Source of the DNA: Octopus sinensis | Taxonomy: Eukaryota | Length of the DNA stretch: 64,000 nucleotides | Assembly (NCBI RefSeq): GCF_006345805.1 | Contig: NC_042998.1 | Location: 120,156,001-120,220,000, forward strand | Reading direction: 5' to 3' | In this document: positions 1 to 12,479 of the stretch, in pieces | Layout: every line of letters begins with the position of its first letter | How positions within the stretch are numbered: the stretch's first letter is position 1 | Notes under the pieces: generated by a model | What the model was told of the DNA's origin: nothing | What the model saw: only the letters and a program-made list of their open reading frames with translations | Databases searched by the model: none | Translations under genes and position numbers: made by a program

Positions 1-84
1 TTGAATAAACTAAATTATCATATATTTTGTAAAATATAGTTACATGTTTACCTGAATTTCTATATTTTGCAACCTCTGTATTAA

Positions 85-314
85 CCCTTTAGCATTTAAA
101 CTGGCCAAACCAGGTCCAAATATTTTATCTGTTTTATGTTCAAACCAGTCAGATCTAGTATCTCACACATATCCTACAATGTCATTCTAAAAATAAACAA
201 TAATCATCATTGAAATCTCACAATTGTGAGATAATGCATGATTTATTCAAAACAATGTGAGTAAATAAAAATTACTTTTGATAAACTACTAATCCTAATC
301 TGAATGCTAAAGGG
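85..314. mobile_element. piggyBac-type MITE (TTAA TSD)
   Basis: TTAA|CCCTTTAGCATT...AATGCTAAAGGG|TTAA; 12-bp TIRs; no ORF. Confidence 0.85.
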
Positions 315-2999
315 TTAAAAGAAATACTTTAGTTATTGAATATTGAAAATGTTTAAGAAATAGAATGTGAATGAGTTTTTATTATTGCTAGCATTTTGAA
401 TAATGTATTTATTGCACCTTTCCTTGCATAGTAGTTTTTATGATATCATTGTAGCTTTTATGATGTATATTTTGCTAGCAGTTATTAAAAAAAACAAAAA
501 AACTAAAACAAGAATGGAACAACTAAATACTATTACTTGTTGGATATGCTAGAAATTTATGTTGCATGGTAAACTAGGACATTACAGCTTGATATATTAA
601 AGTACTTTTATGGTGAACTCTGCTAGAGTTGTTTGGTATAGTTGATGGCTACTGTCTGGAACATAGTCAATATATTTTGTTTGTCCTTTCATAATGAGAA
701 TTTTCAATATTGTAACTTCTTTCTTACACAAAACACTAAGATTTTTAAATGCTAGTCTTTCTTTTTTTTGGCTGCTGATTTTTGTCAAAGACATTTCATA
801 TTCCATCGCTGTTGCAAACAAACTTTTTCTTAAAATCTTTTTATCAGACCTATTTTTTTGATTGGCTGTCTGCCAAATAATGTTATGTTAATTAACTTGG
901 TCTATGTCAGAGTTAGAGCTAATTAGAAATTAATATCCTCAAAGTTATTTCAATACATGTTTATTATCATCATATGCTTTTTCATGTTGGCATGGCTAAG
1001 TTAAATTAAATTTTCAGAATCATCTTTCTAACTTGTCCTATTTTTAAAAATATGAACTTCATTCTTCTCATCAGGTCAATCCTACCTAATAAACCCATTT
1101 AAAGTTTTCATTCAACTATGATTATTAACTGTCAGAAGCCTGTGGCATATTTTTCATTTCATTTCCATTTTTTGTAGATCTCAATACCAGTCTGTTTTTT
1201 CACTAGAAAAAAAACCACTTAAAAATTCCTTGTTTTGTAAACTCAATCTGTAGAAAAGTATGTTTGCAAAGATATAGTCTTACTGTGAGGTGATATTTGG
1301 AGATTACTCCAACTTCTCAAATGTGAAAGAGGTGTTGAACTGTTATATATTAGTTCACAATTTTTTTTAAACCAAGAAATTAATGGTGTCCATTTTGCAT
1401 GAAAACTAAATGCTACTTACTTTTTTTTAATGATCTAAAATTACACAATTTATCTATAAAGTCACATATGAAACTAGATGGAGAGTTTAAAATGTTTTTT
1501 TACTCTATGAAATTTAAAATGCTGTTTCAATTTATTATGGTTATTATTTTAAGTTAATTTTTTTTTTAAAGATAGTAATAAGCCATCAGTGCTCAGTTAC
1601 CGTATCAAAGTAACATGAAGCAAAAGTTTATTTGAGGGAGAATTGACTGCTACATTATGTCTAGCTACCATACCAAAGTCTTTTCCGTTGGTTCATGCAT
1701 ATAACATACATAAGACATAAAGTTGAGATTTAAGGCAGATTTGGTGGTTGTTTGCAACATGACTACATCCATGTCTTGCTCATAAACATATAAATGTATG
1801 TACACACACACGGCAATAGTATGTTTCAGGGAAATTTGGGTGGCCCTAAGTAAGTTCACTAAAATCAACCCACAGTTAAATTGCTAAAAGAGACTTCTGT
1901 TAACAGACGTCATTTTTAATGCCTTCAGGACCTAAATATTGTTATTTTTTATATAGTTTCATATTTAAGAGGTTTGCTGTTTAGAAACAGGCTTTCCAAT
2001 TCAAGTTCTTTAATTTTGTATGTAGATTCTTTTGGTTTTATTAAGAAAATAAGACAGCTTTCAGTAAACAAGTTTGAAAACACACACACATACACACACT
2101 CTCTCTCTTATTTCCACATTTTCGATTTTAAAGCAGGTAAATGTTTACAGGCTACTCTGGTAAAGTTCAGATATTTGAATTTTTTTGCCATTTTGTTGAG
2201 GGTTCATAAATTTTTCAAAGTATTTTGGTCATTATTTACAATAAATCTCATTAGCCATTAAATTTTAACCTAATGTTAATAATAATAATGATGTTTGACA
2301 TAACTTTTCATGTAGGTAAATAGACAATTAGATGAGTGTCATATATAATAAAATACACATTGAGTTTATTTAACAGTATTTCAACAGTACATCAGTCTGC
2401 CTTAGGTTCAAAATATGACAAAAACACTGGAAAATATGTAGAAATTCAAAAATTCCTTCATTCCAAGGTAAAAAGGAAAAAATCAAGTTATGCTTGTTTG
2501 TAAGTGGTTAAAACAAGAAGAAAAAAGAAGAGAATTCTTAGAGTCAAAAAGTTTATATAAATCTTATGGAACTCTCCTGTCACTTTGTTCATCCCTCCCC
2601 CCGAGGGTGTGATGCTATTCCTTGACACATTCTCAGAAAATTTTCTCACTACACTGAACTTTCAGTCCTCAAAACACATGAAGACAATTATATTTGTAAA
2701 TTTCTAATATATTTCCTGGGAATGATGAGCAAAAAAAGTTCCATCAGATTTATGCAACAATTTTTGATTTGAGATCTCTTCCCTTCTTTATTGTCCATTT
2801 TCCTTCTTTTTCCTTGTTTTAACCATTTACAAACAATATAGTCCAGTTGCAGTTTTGAATTTCTGCATTTCTGTGTATTTTCCATTTTTTCATTACTCTT
2901 GTCTTATTTTAACCTGAGGAAGACAGAGATACTTCTGAAATATTCAATAAACAAAGTCACTCTGTATTTTATTATATATTGCACTCATCTTATTGTGTA

Positions 3000-3655
3000 A
3001 CAATAATAATGGTTTCAGCTATTGTAGGCCAGTTATTTTAGAGGTGGGGTGTTAGTCAGTTACATTGACTCTAATACTTGACTGGTACTTTATTTTATCA
3101 ACCCCGAAAGAATGAAAGGCGAAGTTGACCTCCGTGGAATTTGAACTCACAATGTAAAGAACTGAAACATGCTGCTGAAAGTTTTGTCCACCACCTCATT
3201 GCCTTCAAATTTTGGCACAAGGGCAACACTTTTAGTAGGAGGAATCTAGTTGATTACATCAACCCTGGTGTTCAACTTGTACTTATTTTTCAATTCCCAG
3301 AAAGAAGAAAAACAAAGCTGACCTCAGCAGAATTTGAACTCAGAACATAATAAATGCCATTAAGCATATTATCCAACATGCCATTCTTCCAACTCATGGC
3401 CTTGTAGTAGTAGTAGTAGTAGTAGTAGTAATGATAATCTTTTCTGCTAAAGGCATAAGGCCTGAAACTTTGGAGGAGGAGTCTCATTGATTACATTGAC
3501 TCCAGTATGCAACTGGTGCTTATTTTACTGACTTCAAAAGGATGAAAGGCAAAGTTGATCTCGGCGGAATTTGAACTCAGAACTTAAGACAGGCAAATGC
3601 TGTGAAGCATTTTGCCCGGCATGCTAACAATTCTGCTAAGCTCACCACATTAAAT
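3000..3655 (-). mobile_element. Three head-to-tail tRNA-derived SINE copies (family B)
   Basis: Repeated module gattacattgac...gactggtactt-attttat-cgacccc-gaaaggatgaaaggcaaagttgacct-ggaatttgaactcag; the reverse complement gives a tRNA-like head with B-box-like GAGTTCAAATTCC. Copies are separated by (AAT)n/(TAG)n. Confidence 0.8.
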
Positions 3656-3679
3656 AAAAAATAATAATAATAATAATAT

Positions 3680-4085
3680 ACATTCCTTATCATTAAAATC
3701 TGTCTTCCATGCAGACATGGGTTGGTTGGTTTGACTGGAGCTGGCAAGCTGGAGAGCTGCATCAGATTCCATTTTCTGCTTTGGCATGGTTTCTACAGCT
3801 GTATACCCTTCTAAATAACCAACCACTTTACAGTGTGTGCTGGGTGCTTTTTATGTGACACCAACATTGGTGCTTTTTACATGGCACTAACACCAGTTGG
3901 GTCACCAAGCAACTTGTGAGGTAGTCTCTCACCTTTCCTACCTCTTCTCTCACTTTTTCTAATCGAGCAAGGCCTTTCCCTGAAGGGATTCGTTAGTTGT
4001 CTGCTTTCCTACTTACTATGACTTTGGTCTATGCTAAATGAACTCTAAGGCTCTTTGATTCCAGACCTACTTCCACATCTGAAAT
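3680..4085 (-). mobile_element. RTE LINE 3' end joined to an ORF2 fragment (internally deleted)
   Basis: Same 3' UTR as the 41-44 kb RTE copies; 3940-4080 reverse-translates to a degenerate GLESKSLRVHLA-TKVIVSRK. Confidence 0.7.
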
Positions 4086-4933
4086 TTCACTGCCCACAAA
4101 TTTGTGTGTTATACACAAGTATGGTAACTGCAGTTGCTATGATTTTGAAAGGCAAGTGGTTTGCAGCAAATACTTCTTAGTTTACGTGTGGATAAGTTGA
4201 TTTGCATACCATTACAAATTTGAAATTAAGAAATTTTTCTTATTATGAAGTATATATGTTTGAAAACATGTATAGTCACTCTGAGTGAAAATATTTTATT
4301 CAAGCTAACTGTCATGATTGAGTTGCTAGCTTAGGAATGCTGTTCTAAAATATAAAAGTTTGATGCTCTTTTTAGAAAACATCTACATTATCACTTGTCC
4401 ACTTCTGAAGGGATCTCTATATTGGCTGTTTTTGATGGTAATAATTTAGAAATGGAAAGGACATATGGGATAATGTAGTCCTAAAGATGACATAAAGGTC
4501 ACAATCGAAATGCCTTTGCTTATGGGTTGCTTGTGTAAGTTTGATCTGCAGCTAAACAACAATGACCAGAAAAGAAGAAAATTTTCATGAGTAGTCTTTA
4601 TGATTTCGACCCAAATATCTATGATTTGTTTCTTGTTATTTTCCACTGTCAGTCTGTCATAATATTTCAACTTCACTCCCAAGTGAGTTGTTTAGTTGAT
4701 CAAAATGTATAAATTTGGGGAACTAGTTATTTACACCTAAATATTCTTTTCACACTAATTACTCAACCATGAAATCAGCATGTTATAGAAGGAACTGAAC
4801 CTATAGCATAAGGGCCTGTAGAATGGTACACTAATATTTAATTGCACTTTGCTTCATTTTCAACTGTTCCATTACTGGGTACATGTGTAATTTCCTACAT
4901 GAGACTGCTAACTCTTTGTATTTGCTGTACTTA

Positions 4934-6206
4934 TCAGGTCATCCCATAAGTTCTGTTCAGATTTTGAATAAAGAAAACATGTGATCAAATGTTATATTTA
5001 ATTGAAATTTAATCCTCAGTGTACTTTCCCTGATTATCTATGACTTCCTTCCATCTATTTACAAGCTTTTTAATCCCATCAATGTAAAACTCTTTTGGCT
5101 TCAAAGTGAAGAACTCTGAAATATTAGTTTTGACCTCCTCCTGGCTTGCAAAAGTTATGTCCCCCAAATGATTCTGTAAACTATGAAACAAATGGAAGTC
5201 TGAAGGAGCAAGGTCGAGAGAATAAGGTGGATGAGGAATTTTTCCCCAACCAAGCTCTTTGCTCTTCTGTGATGTGATCTTTGCAGTGTGGGGTCATGCA
5301 TTGTCCTGATGAAACATCACTCCTTTTCAATTCACTAAAATGGGTCTTTTTTTCTTCAAAGCTTGATTCAAATGCTCTAATTGCAGACATTGATTGTTGC
5401 ATTAGATGGTAACAATTCAAAGTGAATTACTCCTTTGCAATCCCACCAGATAGAGAGAAGAACCTTTTTCCCATGAAGTTCCCTTCTTGGTTGTGGTTGA
5501 GCTTTTTCCCTTTTACCAAGCAACTGTTCATGACATTTAACATTACGATAGAAGATTCCTTCTTTGTCACCAGTTGCAAGTCTATCCAAAAAGGGTGAAA
5601 TGAGTTTGCGAGAATGGAGAGAAGAGTAGATGTCAACTCGGGATTTGCGTTCGCTTTTGGACAATTTATGAGGCACTCATTTTCCAAATTTAGGAACCTT
5701 TCCAAGTTGTTGAAGATGACGACGAACAGTTGTATGGTTTGAACTAAGCTTTATTGCCAATTCTTCAACTGATAGTGCAGGATTTTATTCAAGTAATGCC
5801 TCAAGGAGGTTATCATCAAACTCAACTGGATGTCCTGTTCAAACTTCATCTTCAAGGCTGAAATTTCCACTTCTGAAGTTTGCAAACCATCTTCTGCAAG
5901 TTCTTTCATTCAAGCGTTCTTTCCCATAAACTGAGTATATGTTTTGAGTCGCTTTGGCTGTAGAGTTTCCATTTTTGTACTCATAAAGCATTATGTGCCT
6001 CAAATGCTCTTTGGATACTTTCATGTTAGAAAGGGTTTTAATCAAAGAAATTTTAATTCTATTATTCTGCAAAATAATATTTGATTAGTTTAAATGTACA
6101 CAGATGCATAAAAATAATTTTTAATTCCATTAGACATTCTAAAATACTATTAAATTCCATTCAATTTTAAAAAGTAAAATCGGACAGAACTTATGGGATG
6201 ACCTGA
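4934..6206 (-). mobile_element. Full-length mariner (Tc1/mariner, DD34D-type) transposon, 1273 bp
   Basis: TA|TCAGGTCATCCCATAAGTTCTGT...ACAGAACTTATGGGATGACCTGA|TA (23-bp identical TIR cores, TA TSD); contains a fragmented transposase. Confidence 0.95.
5009..6024 (-). pseudogene. Mariner transposase pseudogene
   Basis: MKVSKEHLRHIMLYEY HTH; LATGDKEG (VTGDEKW), VLLSIWWDCKGVIHFELLP, FHQDNA*PH and YSPDLAPSDFHLFHSLQNHL motifs in several frames, with stops and frameshifts. Confidence 0.92.
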
Positions 6207-6244
6207 TAGTTCCTTCTTTTTGTTTTTTCTTGAATCCTTGGCCG

Positions 6245-6520
6245 GTCACTTGGTTTCCATGGCTTATAAGTGACTGAAATCACAACATTACCTCTGAATG
6301 GGACACTGATCCACTGCAGGGTCCAAGGCCAGCAACTTTTGAGAGGAGGGGGCAAGTTGATTACATTGACCCCAATACTTGACTGGTACTCCATTTTATT
6401 GACCCCTTAATGGATGAAAGGCAAAGTTGACTTCAGTGTGATTTGAAGTCAGAACATAAAGAGCTGGAAGAAATTCTGCTAAATATTTTGTTCAACATGC
6501 TAAAGATTCTGTCAGCTTGT
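6245..6520 (-). mobile_element. tRNA-derived SINE (family B)
   Basis: Same module as 3000-3655. Confidence 0.75.
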
Positions 6521-6849
6521 TGCCTTATAAGGTTTATTAGGACTTCATTTTCTGTACTGTGGCATGTATAGAGAATAGTAAAAACTTCATTGATTGAGGG
6601 GTTGCCAAAAAGAGTAGTTTTGAGATAATAAGTTTAAAGAAAATAACAGCTAAAACTAGGATACTAGTAGCATCATGGAAGTAACTCGGATGTAAATGCA
6701 AGAAATAGAATGTTGTCAACCTTGATCTAATAGTTCTGTGGTCTAAGTCATTCAGCTGTAACTTCTATGTTATCCAATGAGGCTTTTGAAGGAGATTTGG
6801 TTTATATTTTTTGTAGATTAAGTAACCATGTAGAGGCTCTCTCTTTAAC

Positions 6850-7015
6850 TTCTTCATCATCATCATCATCATTGTTTAACATCCGCTTTCTATGGTGGCA
6901 TGGGTTGAACAGTTTGACTGAAAACTGGTAAGCTGGGAGCAGCACCAGGTTCCAATCTGGTTTGGCAAGGTTTCTACAGTTGGATGCCCTTCCTAATGCC
7001 AAGCACTCTGAGAGC
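6850..7015 (-). mobile_element. RTE LINE 3' tail fragment with (ATC)n tail
   Basis: (atc)n-gtttaacatccg...gcatgggttg...gtttctacag-tggatgcccttcctaatgccaa. Further copies near 12380, 13935-14045 (+), 45253, 47657, 55430-55680 (+), 61230-61540 (+) and 63795-64000. Confidence 0.75.
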
Positions 7016-7375
7016 TTCTGGTAATGAATATATATCTTTCTTTCTTGATCACTGATAGTGCTATTTTTATTGTAGATGCAATCATAGCTATGTGGTTAAG
7101 AAATTCACCTCGCTACCACATGATTCCATGATCAAATGTCTACTACTGTAGTCTTGAGTTGACTGGTACCTAGCGAAAGGTATTTCGTAGACAGAGACTG
7201 TATAGAAGCTTGCACTGTGTGCATGTGTGTGAAGGTTGTAATTATAGGTGAAAAAGCTGAAAAACTGGTGCTTTTTGAAAGCTTTATTTGTCTACCGCAA
7301 CTTACTTGCACTTCTTTGTTGTTCTTGCCACCAAAATTGCAGTGACCCAGTCACTGGTCTATTATTAACCTATAG

Positions 7376-7399
7376 CCAATGACGATTATTGTTCACCAG
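7376..7399 (+). CDS. Candidate 24-nt phase 1-1 microexon, (A)NDDYCSP(A/G), possibly Trio 5' region
   Basis: Strong CAG|GTAAGA donor at 7400 and tatAG at 7374-75; frame-compatible with the downstream exons. No homology support, and the acceptor is weak. Confidence 0.2.
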
Positions 7400-9633
7400 G
7401 TAAGAAGTTAGGATTCCAACATTTTTATGATTTCTTAGTTCAGAAGAGTCAGTTCTAGTTTTCATAATTTTCTTACAATACTGATTATGATAAGAACCAG
7501 GTCATTTTTGTGAAATTAAGAAACTGAGCATAGCAAATTTGTAATTATTTAGTGCGATTGAGGTTGAAGAGAGAAAGACAGAATAAGTATCTACTTCAAT
7601 GCCTTTATGACAATGAGGAAATAAAGTTTAATAAGCCACTTGTAGACATTTAACATTTTCATTGCTCATCTGACAAAATTACACATGATGCTTAATAGGA
7701 CAAGCTATTTAATCAAGTAGTTTACCATATGTCTTCACCATGAACTGGAGTTTGAGCTTTACAAAATTTGAAGCCTTGTGCCTGTTAGAATACAAAATCT
7801 GTAAGAAAAATAGAGATCAGTATCTGTAAACAGAATATATAAACTACATGAATAAGATTTAATAGTTTGTAGAATGTGATTGAAAAATTATTTATACTGA
7901 AACTATATAAATTAATTGTAAATCTAGTTCACTGCAGGCATTATATTAAGAAAGTTTTTTTCTTTTTTTTTTCATGTTTGTTAGTTGATGTCTTTGTTGT
8001 TTTGGCTCAACCTTATGTCCTAGATGTTCACCTTGTCAGTCTGCCATGACATTTAATGCACTTAAAGTGCTCATCCTTACTGCTTATCTAGCATGACTAT
8101 GTTGTTTAGAGTCTACTTTGCAACCAAGTATTTGATCTCAATACATAGTGCCATGGGCAAAAGTCTTTTGATATAGATTTGGACCAACCATTGCTTTGCA
8201 AGGGAAATTTGGCAGAATGAAACTTTTCCCCAGCATACCTGAAAGCATTGAGTGGGCATGCATTGGTATTCTTGTATGTAGTGTATTTTTATGATAGGAG
8301 TACAGTTGTAATTAACTTTTATACAGTTCTAATTGAAGAGTGTCCTATAGTGAGTTAGGAAGTGTTTATATATTAGGACTAAAAAACGTTTGGTGGTATT
8401 TATCAAAATACTCTTGTTATATTTCTTTGTATGAAATGGTATCAGAAATTTTACTGATATTACAAATTAGTTTAATAAAGATTATAGGAGAGTGACAGGA
8501 GCATTTGTAATATATGTGTTTCTTGCTTCATTAAATGTACGGTTTGTAAGTTGAGACTGATATCACGATAGCATACAGTAGCAAAGTTAGTGGTTACAGT
8601 TATTTTAAGGTAAGATTCTTGAATGTGTTAACAAGGTCTTACCTATTGACATAATGGGAGGTGGCTAGCTGATCATCTATATCATTGTATGTTTGATGTG
8701 GTAAATTTTGTGTTGGTTTCATACATCACAATATGTATAAGCTCATGAGATCACATATATCTGACATTCAAACTGATGTTGAACAAACCTGTGGGATCTA
8801 ATTTTTTATTCAGAGAGCAAAGTCTTTTTTGTATGCATAATAATCTCTGTCATATCTTCTGGTGAATTTTAAGGTGCTTATAAATATAAGAGATCCAATA
8901 GTTAAAAATCAAGTCTCAAATTTGGTGAACATGGATGTTTATTAATATTTTAAAACCAACTGATTATTGTACTGCTGTTCTTCCATTATTGGAGTTTGGT
9001 TGCCTTTCTAATGTTATTAATCTTAAGATTTCCTTAATGATCAATTTTATATCTGCTTTAGCTGGACTAATTAACTTACACTTTGGATTAGAGATAAAAC
9101 TGTTTTGTTGTATGAAAGTGTCAGGTACACCTTGCATTTAGCATGACATTCTTGCTTATTTTATAATCTCAATTTCTGTGTTGAATTTCCCCCTCAATAT
9201 TATTATATACCATTATATTATTTCTATAGTTATTAGTGATGTTGTACTTTAGTAATAGTGTAGATGTTGTTTATTACTACTTTGTATAGGTTGCTGGTTT
9301 TATTTAGGGAATTTTAAACTTCTTGAAATTCTTAGTGTCAGAGCTAAGTTTATTGTGAAAGGGGTTAACATAACTGTGAAAATGTATGTCAGCTATCATG
9401 TTTAAAAATGGTACTAGCCTTTGATCATTGGTAGACGTTTTTGTGTATTTAACTTGTAATGTTTTGTGGCTGTTTTAGTCATCTAAGAATCATAAAAATA
9501 AGGGCCTTGCATGGTCCTATATCTCTGACATGAAACTCTGACTTAGTCTTTTAACCTATACAAGGATGACATCAACACACACGCGCATGTATGCATACAT
9601 ACATGCAGGTATGCATGCATACATACATACATA

Positions 9634-10524
9634 CACAGAGTGCAATGGGTAAATTGTCGCCATTTTATATTTTTACTTTCATGCATGCACATTGTTTATT
9701 TTTGATGTTGTCAACTAGCAAAGTATAGTAGGGTCAGTTAAGCACCGTCTGAGAAAAACAGCACCATGATGCAATTCACTCTGTCAGAAATTTGGAAACA
9801 ACATGCTGTACTACTTGGCATTTGTATCAGAAGCTCCAATACAAACATTTCAGAGGGTTTGGGTGTCAATCTGAAGATGGTGCAATCTGAGGACATGTAT
9901 TGAGAATGATAAAAATCAAACTTCCAGTCAACATCATGGTGTTTGGAGTGATCACTAGTGATGGCAATTTTATACCTCCATTCATCTTCTCACATGGTCT
10001 CAGACTCAATATGGAGGCCTACATCAAGTGTTTGGAGGAGGTAGTGCTACCCTGGGTCAGGAGGGTGGCTGCTGGAAGACCCTATGTCTGGCAACATGAC
10101 TCTGCACCATGCCACACAAGCAGGAGAACCCAGTCATGGCTGTCAGACGGTTTCTGCAACCATATCACCCCTAACATCTGGTCACCTAACTACCCAGACT
10201 TCAACCCTCTTGATTATCATGTGTGGGGCGCAGTCAAGTGAGGGACCAACAAAACTCCTTGTAACACCAAAGTTGAACTAAAGGCCAGGATTATGGTAGC
10301 ATTCACCAGCTTAAACAAGGAGACCATCTAGAAGAATTGCAGGAGATTCCAAAGTTGTCTGGAGTCTGTAGTTGAAGCCAATGGCAATTTCATTGAATAA
10401 ATTTACTCATTAGTATTTCAAGATATTTTTATGTAATTTGGTAAATATATCTGTTAAAATGAGATGTTAGCGTTATTTTCATTTTTGCATAATTTAGATG
10501 ACAGTTTATTCACTGCACCCTGTG
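9634..10524 (+). mobile_element. Tc1/mariner DD37D (maT/Bmmar1-like) internal-deletion derivative
   Basis: TA|CACAGAGTGCAATGGGTAAATTGTC vs reverse complement of the right end CACAGGGTGCAGTGAATAAACTGTC|TA. ORF 9900-10241 has WQHDSAPCH...PDFNPLDY with 37 residues between the two aspartates; the N-terminal/first-D region is missing. Confidence 0.9.
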
Positions 10525-10539
10525 TATATATCAGCATTT

Positions 10540-10727
10540 GCCATGATAGATTGCTAGCCACTACACATTCTTTATTTTCTCTCCTTGTTTCTTTCTGTGT
10601 TTCTTTTCTGTGGAAGAGCGTAGTCTCGAAACATTAAAGACTTTTTCACTTCCCGAGCATTAAACTAATACATCTGTTTGTTGTCTACACCACCTGTCTT
10701 CATCTTTTGCTTTTTTTATGAATTCTC

Positions 10728-10730
<3 letters not shown>
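10540..10730 (+). repeat. Penelope-like pLTR relic with degenerate hammerhead motif
   Basis: CTGTGGA-aGAGcgtagtCTC-GAAAC-ATTA-AAGA at 10608-10640; the core deviates from CTGANGA. Confidence 0.4.
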
Positions 10731-10784
<54 letters not shown>

Positions 10785-10786
<2 letters not shown>

Positions 10787-11110
10787 GCTGTGTGCTAAGA
10801 AGTTTGCTTCCCAACCACATGGCTTCTTAAGCAAGTGTCTTCTACAGCCTCAGGCTGACTAAAGCCTTGTGAGTGGATTTGGTAGATGGAAACTGAAAGA
10901 AGCCCCTTGTATGTATGTGTGTGTGTGTATATATGTGTATGTGTTTTTATCTGCCACCACTGCTTGACAACTGGTGTTAGTGTGTTTATGTCCCCATAAC
11001 TTAGCAGTTTAGCAAAAGAGACTGATAGAATAAGTACAGGTTTTTAAAAATAAGAAGTCAATTCATTTGACTAAGATTCTTCAATGTGGTGCCCCAGTAT
11101 ATCAAAATAC
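10785..11110 (+). mobile_element. tRNA-derived SINE with internal (TA/TG)n microsatellite (family A)
   Basis: ggctgtgtg-taagaagtttgcttcccaaccacatgg head, gactaaagccttgtgagtggatttggtagatggaaactgaaagaagccc body, microsatellite, then cttgacaac-ggtgt...gatagaataagtac tail. Confidence 0.8.
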
Positions 11111-11450
11111 TGCAATATATTGTCATCATCATCATCATCATCATTACCACCACCACCATCTGCTCTTTTCCATTTTTTCGATGCTTGTATGGCTTGGCTG
11201 AGACTTTTTGAAACAGAATTGACAAGCCATTTACTCTGCTTGACACCAACTGTTAAATCTTTTCATGTTAGATATTCCATGTCTTTGCTCATCACTCTTC
11301 AAACTGTTGGACCTTTTGTTTATATGTGGCATAAACATATCATCACTGACAAGTGGTGTCCAAAGTTAGGTAGAGACATACACTTCTACTCACACATATA
11401 TAGCAGGCTTCTCTCATTTATCAAATTACTGGAATACATTTATACTTGTA

Positions 11451-12336
11451 CTAGTATTAAAGACCCGTCGTTGCCGGGTCATAGTGTTAGTGCATGTATA
11501 TATGTGTATATATATATGTGTACATATTACATGTACATCTATATATATATATAAATCTACACAAAAAATGCAAAATACAAAGTTATATCTTGATATCGCT
11601 AGTGATAACAATACTCAAAATATATAACAGACTGGAATTGTTAGCTCTTCTTTTTTCTCTACATTGTATACTTTATAGACAATAGTCTTTTCTTTAATTT
11701 AATTTTTTTATTATCCATCTGGACTATTCCATTTCTGCACGCTAATTTTATTTTTAATCTATTCCCATTCATGTGAAACCACTTATTCAAGTTCAAATCA
11801 TTGAACAATTTTTATACCAATTGCTATTTTTACTTTTGTTATGTTACGATTATATTATACTTTAGTTTGATTTTAATTATTACTTACTACATATAATTCA
11901 ATTGTTATTATTATTTTTATTGTTAAAGTGAAAACATCTGACATAAAATAGAGAAATATTTTTGTTTCACTTTTAACACGTAATACTGAAATAGTGGAGA
12001 AGATATGATATTGCTATGGGCTCACTCTAGGCAAGAAGTTGAATATTTTTTTTTGCCCATGAAACTACATAGACCCTAAGTAAGGCATGTGTAAAATTTG
12101 GATGAAATTGGTTGTGTAGTTCTCAAGTTTTAGGGAATCGTAGTGGAGAAGATATGATATTGCTGTGGGCTCGCCCTAGGCAAAAAGTTAAAAATTCTTT
12201 TTGCCGATGACACTCCCTGGACCCTAAGTAAGGCATGTGTAAAATTTGAATGAAATTGGTTGTGTAGTTCTTAAGTTTTAGGGAAACACACAGACAGACA
12301 GACAGACACACATTCTCAGTTTTATATATATAAAGA
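11451..12336 (-). mobile_element. Non-autonomous Helitron
   Basis: Minus strand: A|TCTTTATATATATAAAAC 5' end followed by (TGTC)n; 3' hairpin GACCCG-gcaacga-CGGGTC, 7 nt, then CTAG|T. Inserted at A|T without TSD. Internal 149-bp tandem duplication. Confidence 0.85.
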
Positions 12337-12479
12337 TTAATATAATTAATAGCACACATGCATATACACATGTATTAATCACTATCATCATTTAACGTCT
12401 GCCTTCTATGTTGGCATGGGTTGGATGGTTTGACAGAAGCTGGCCAGGCAGACTGACTTCTGTGTCTGTTATATATGTA

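Noticed and set aside
597-821. 74-aa minus-strand ORF with a faint pogo/Tigger HTH-like look (EYEMSLTKIS..KKE)
   Set aside because: The similarity is too weak to support without a profile search; no TIRs or DDE segment were found.
8540-8616. AAG|GTAAGA donor at 8610 as a Trio exon end
   Set aside because: The phase-1 frame ends in TAA and there is no clear acceptor or ATG.
11084-11554. 156-aa ORF
   Set aside because: It is built from SINE tail, (ATC)n and Helitron microsatellite sequence; low complexity and no domain.
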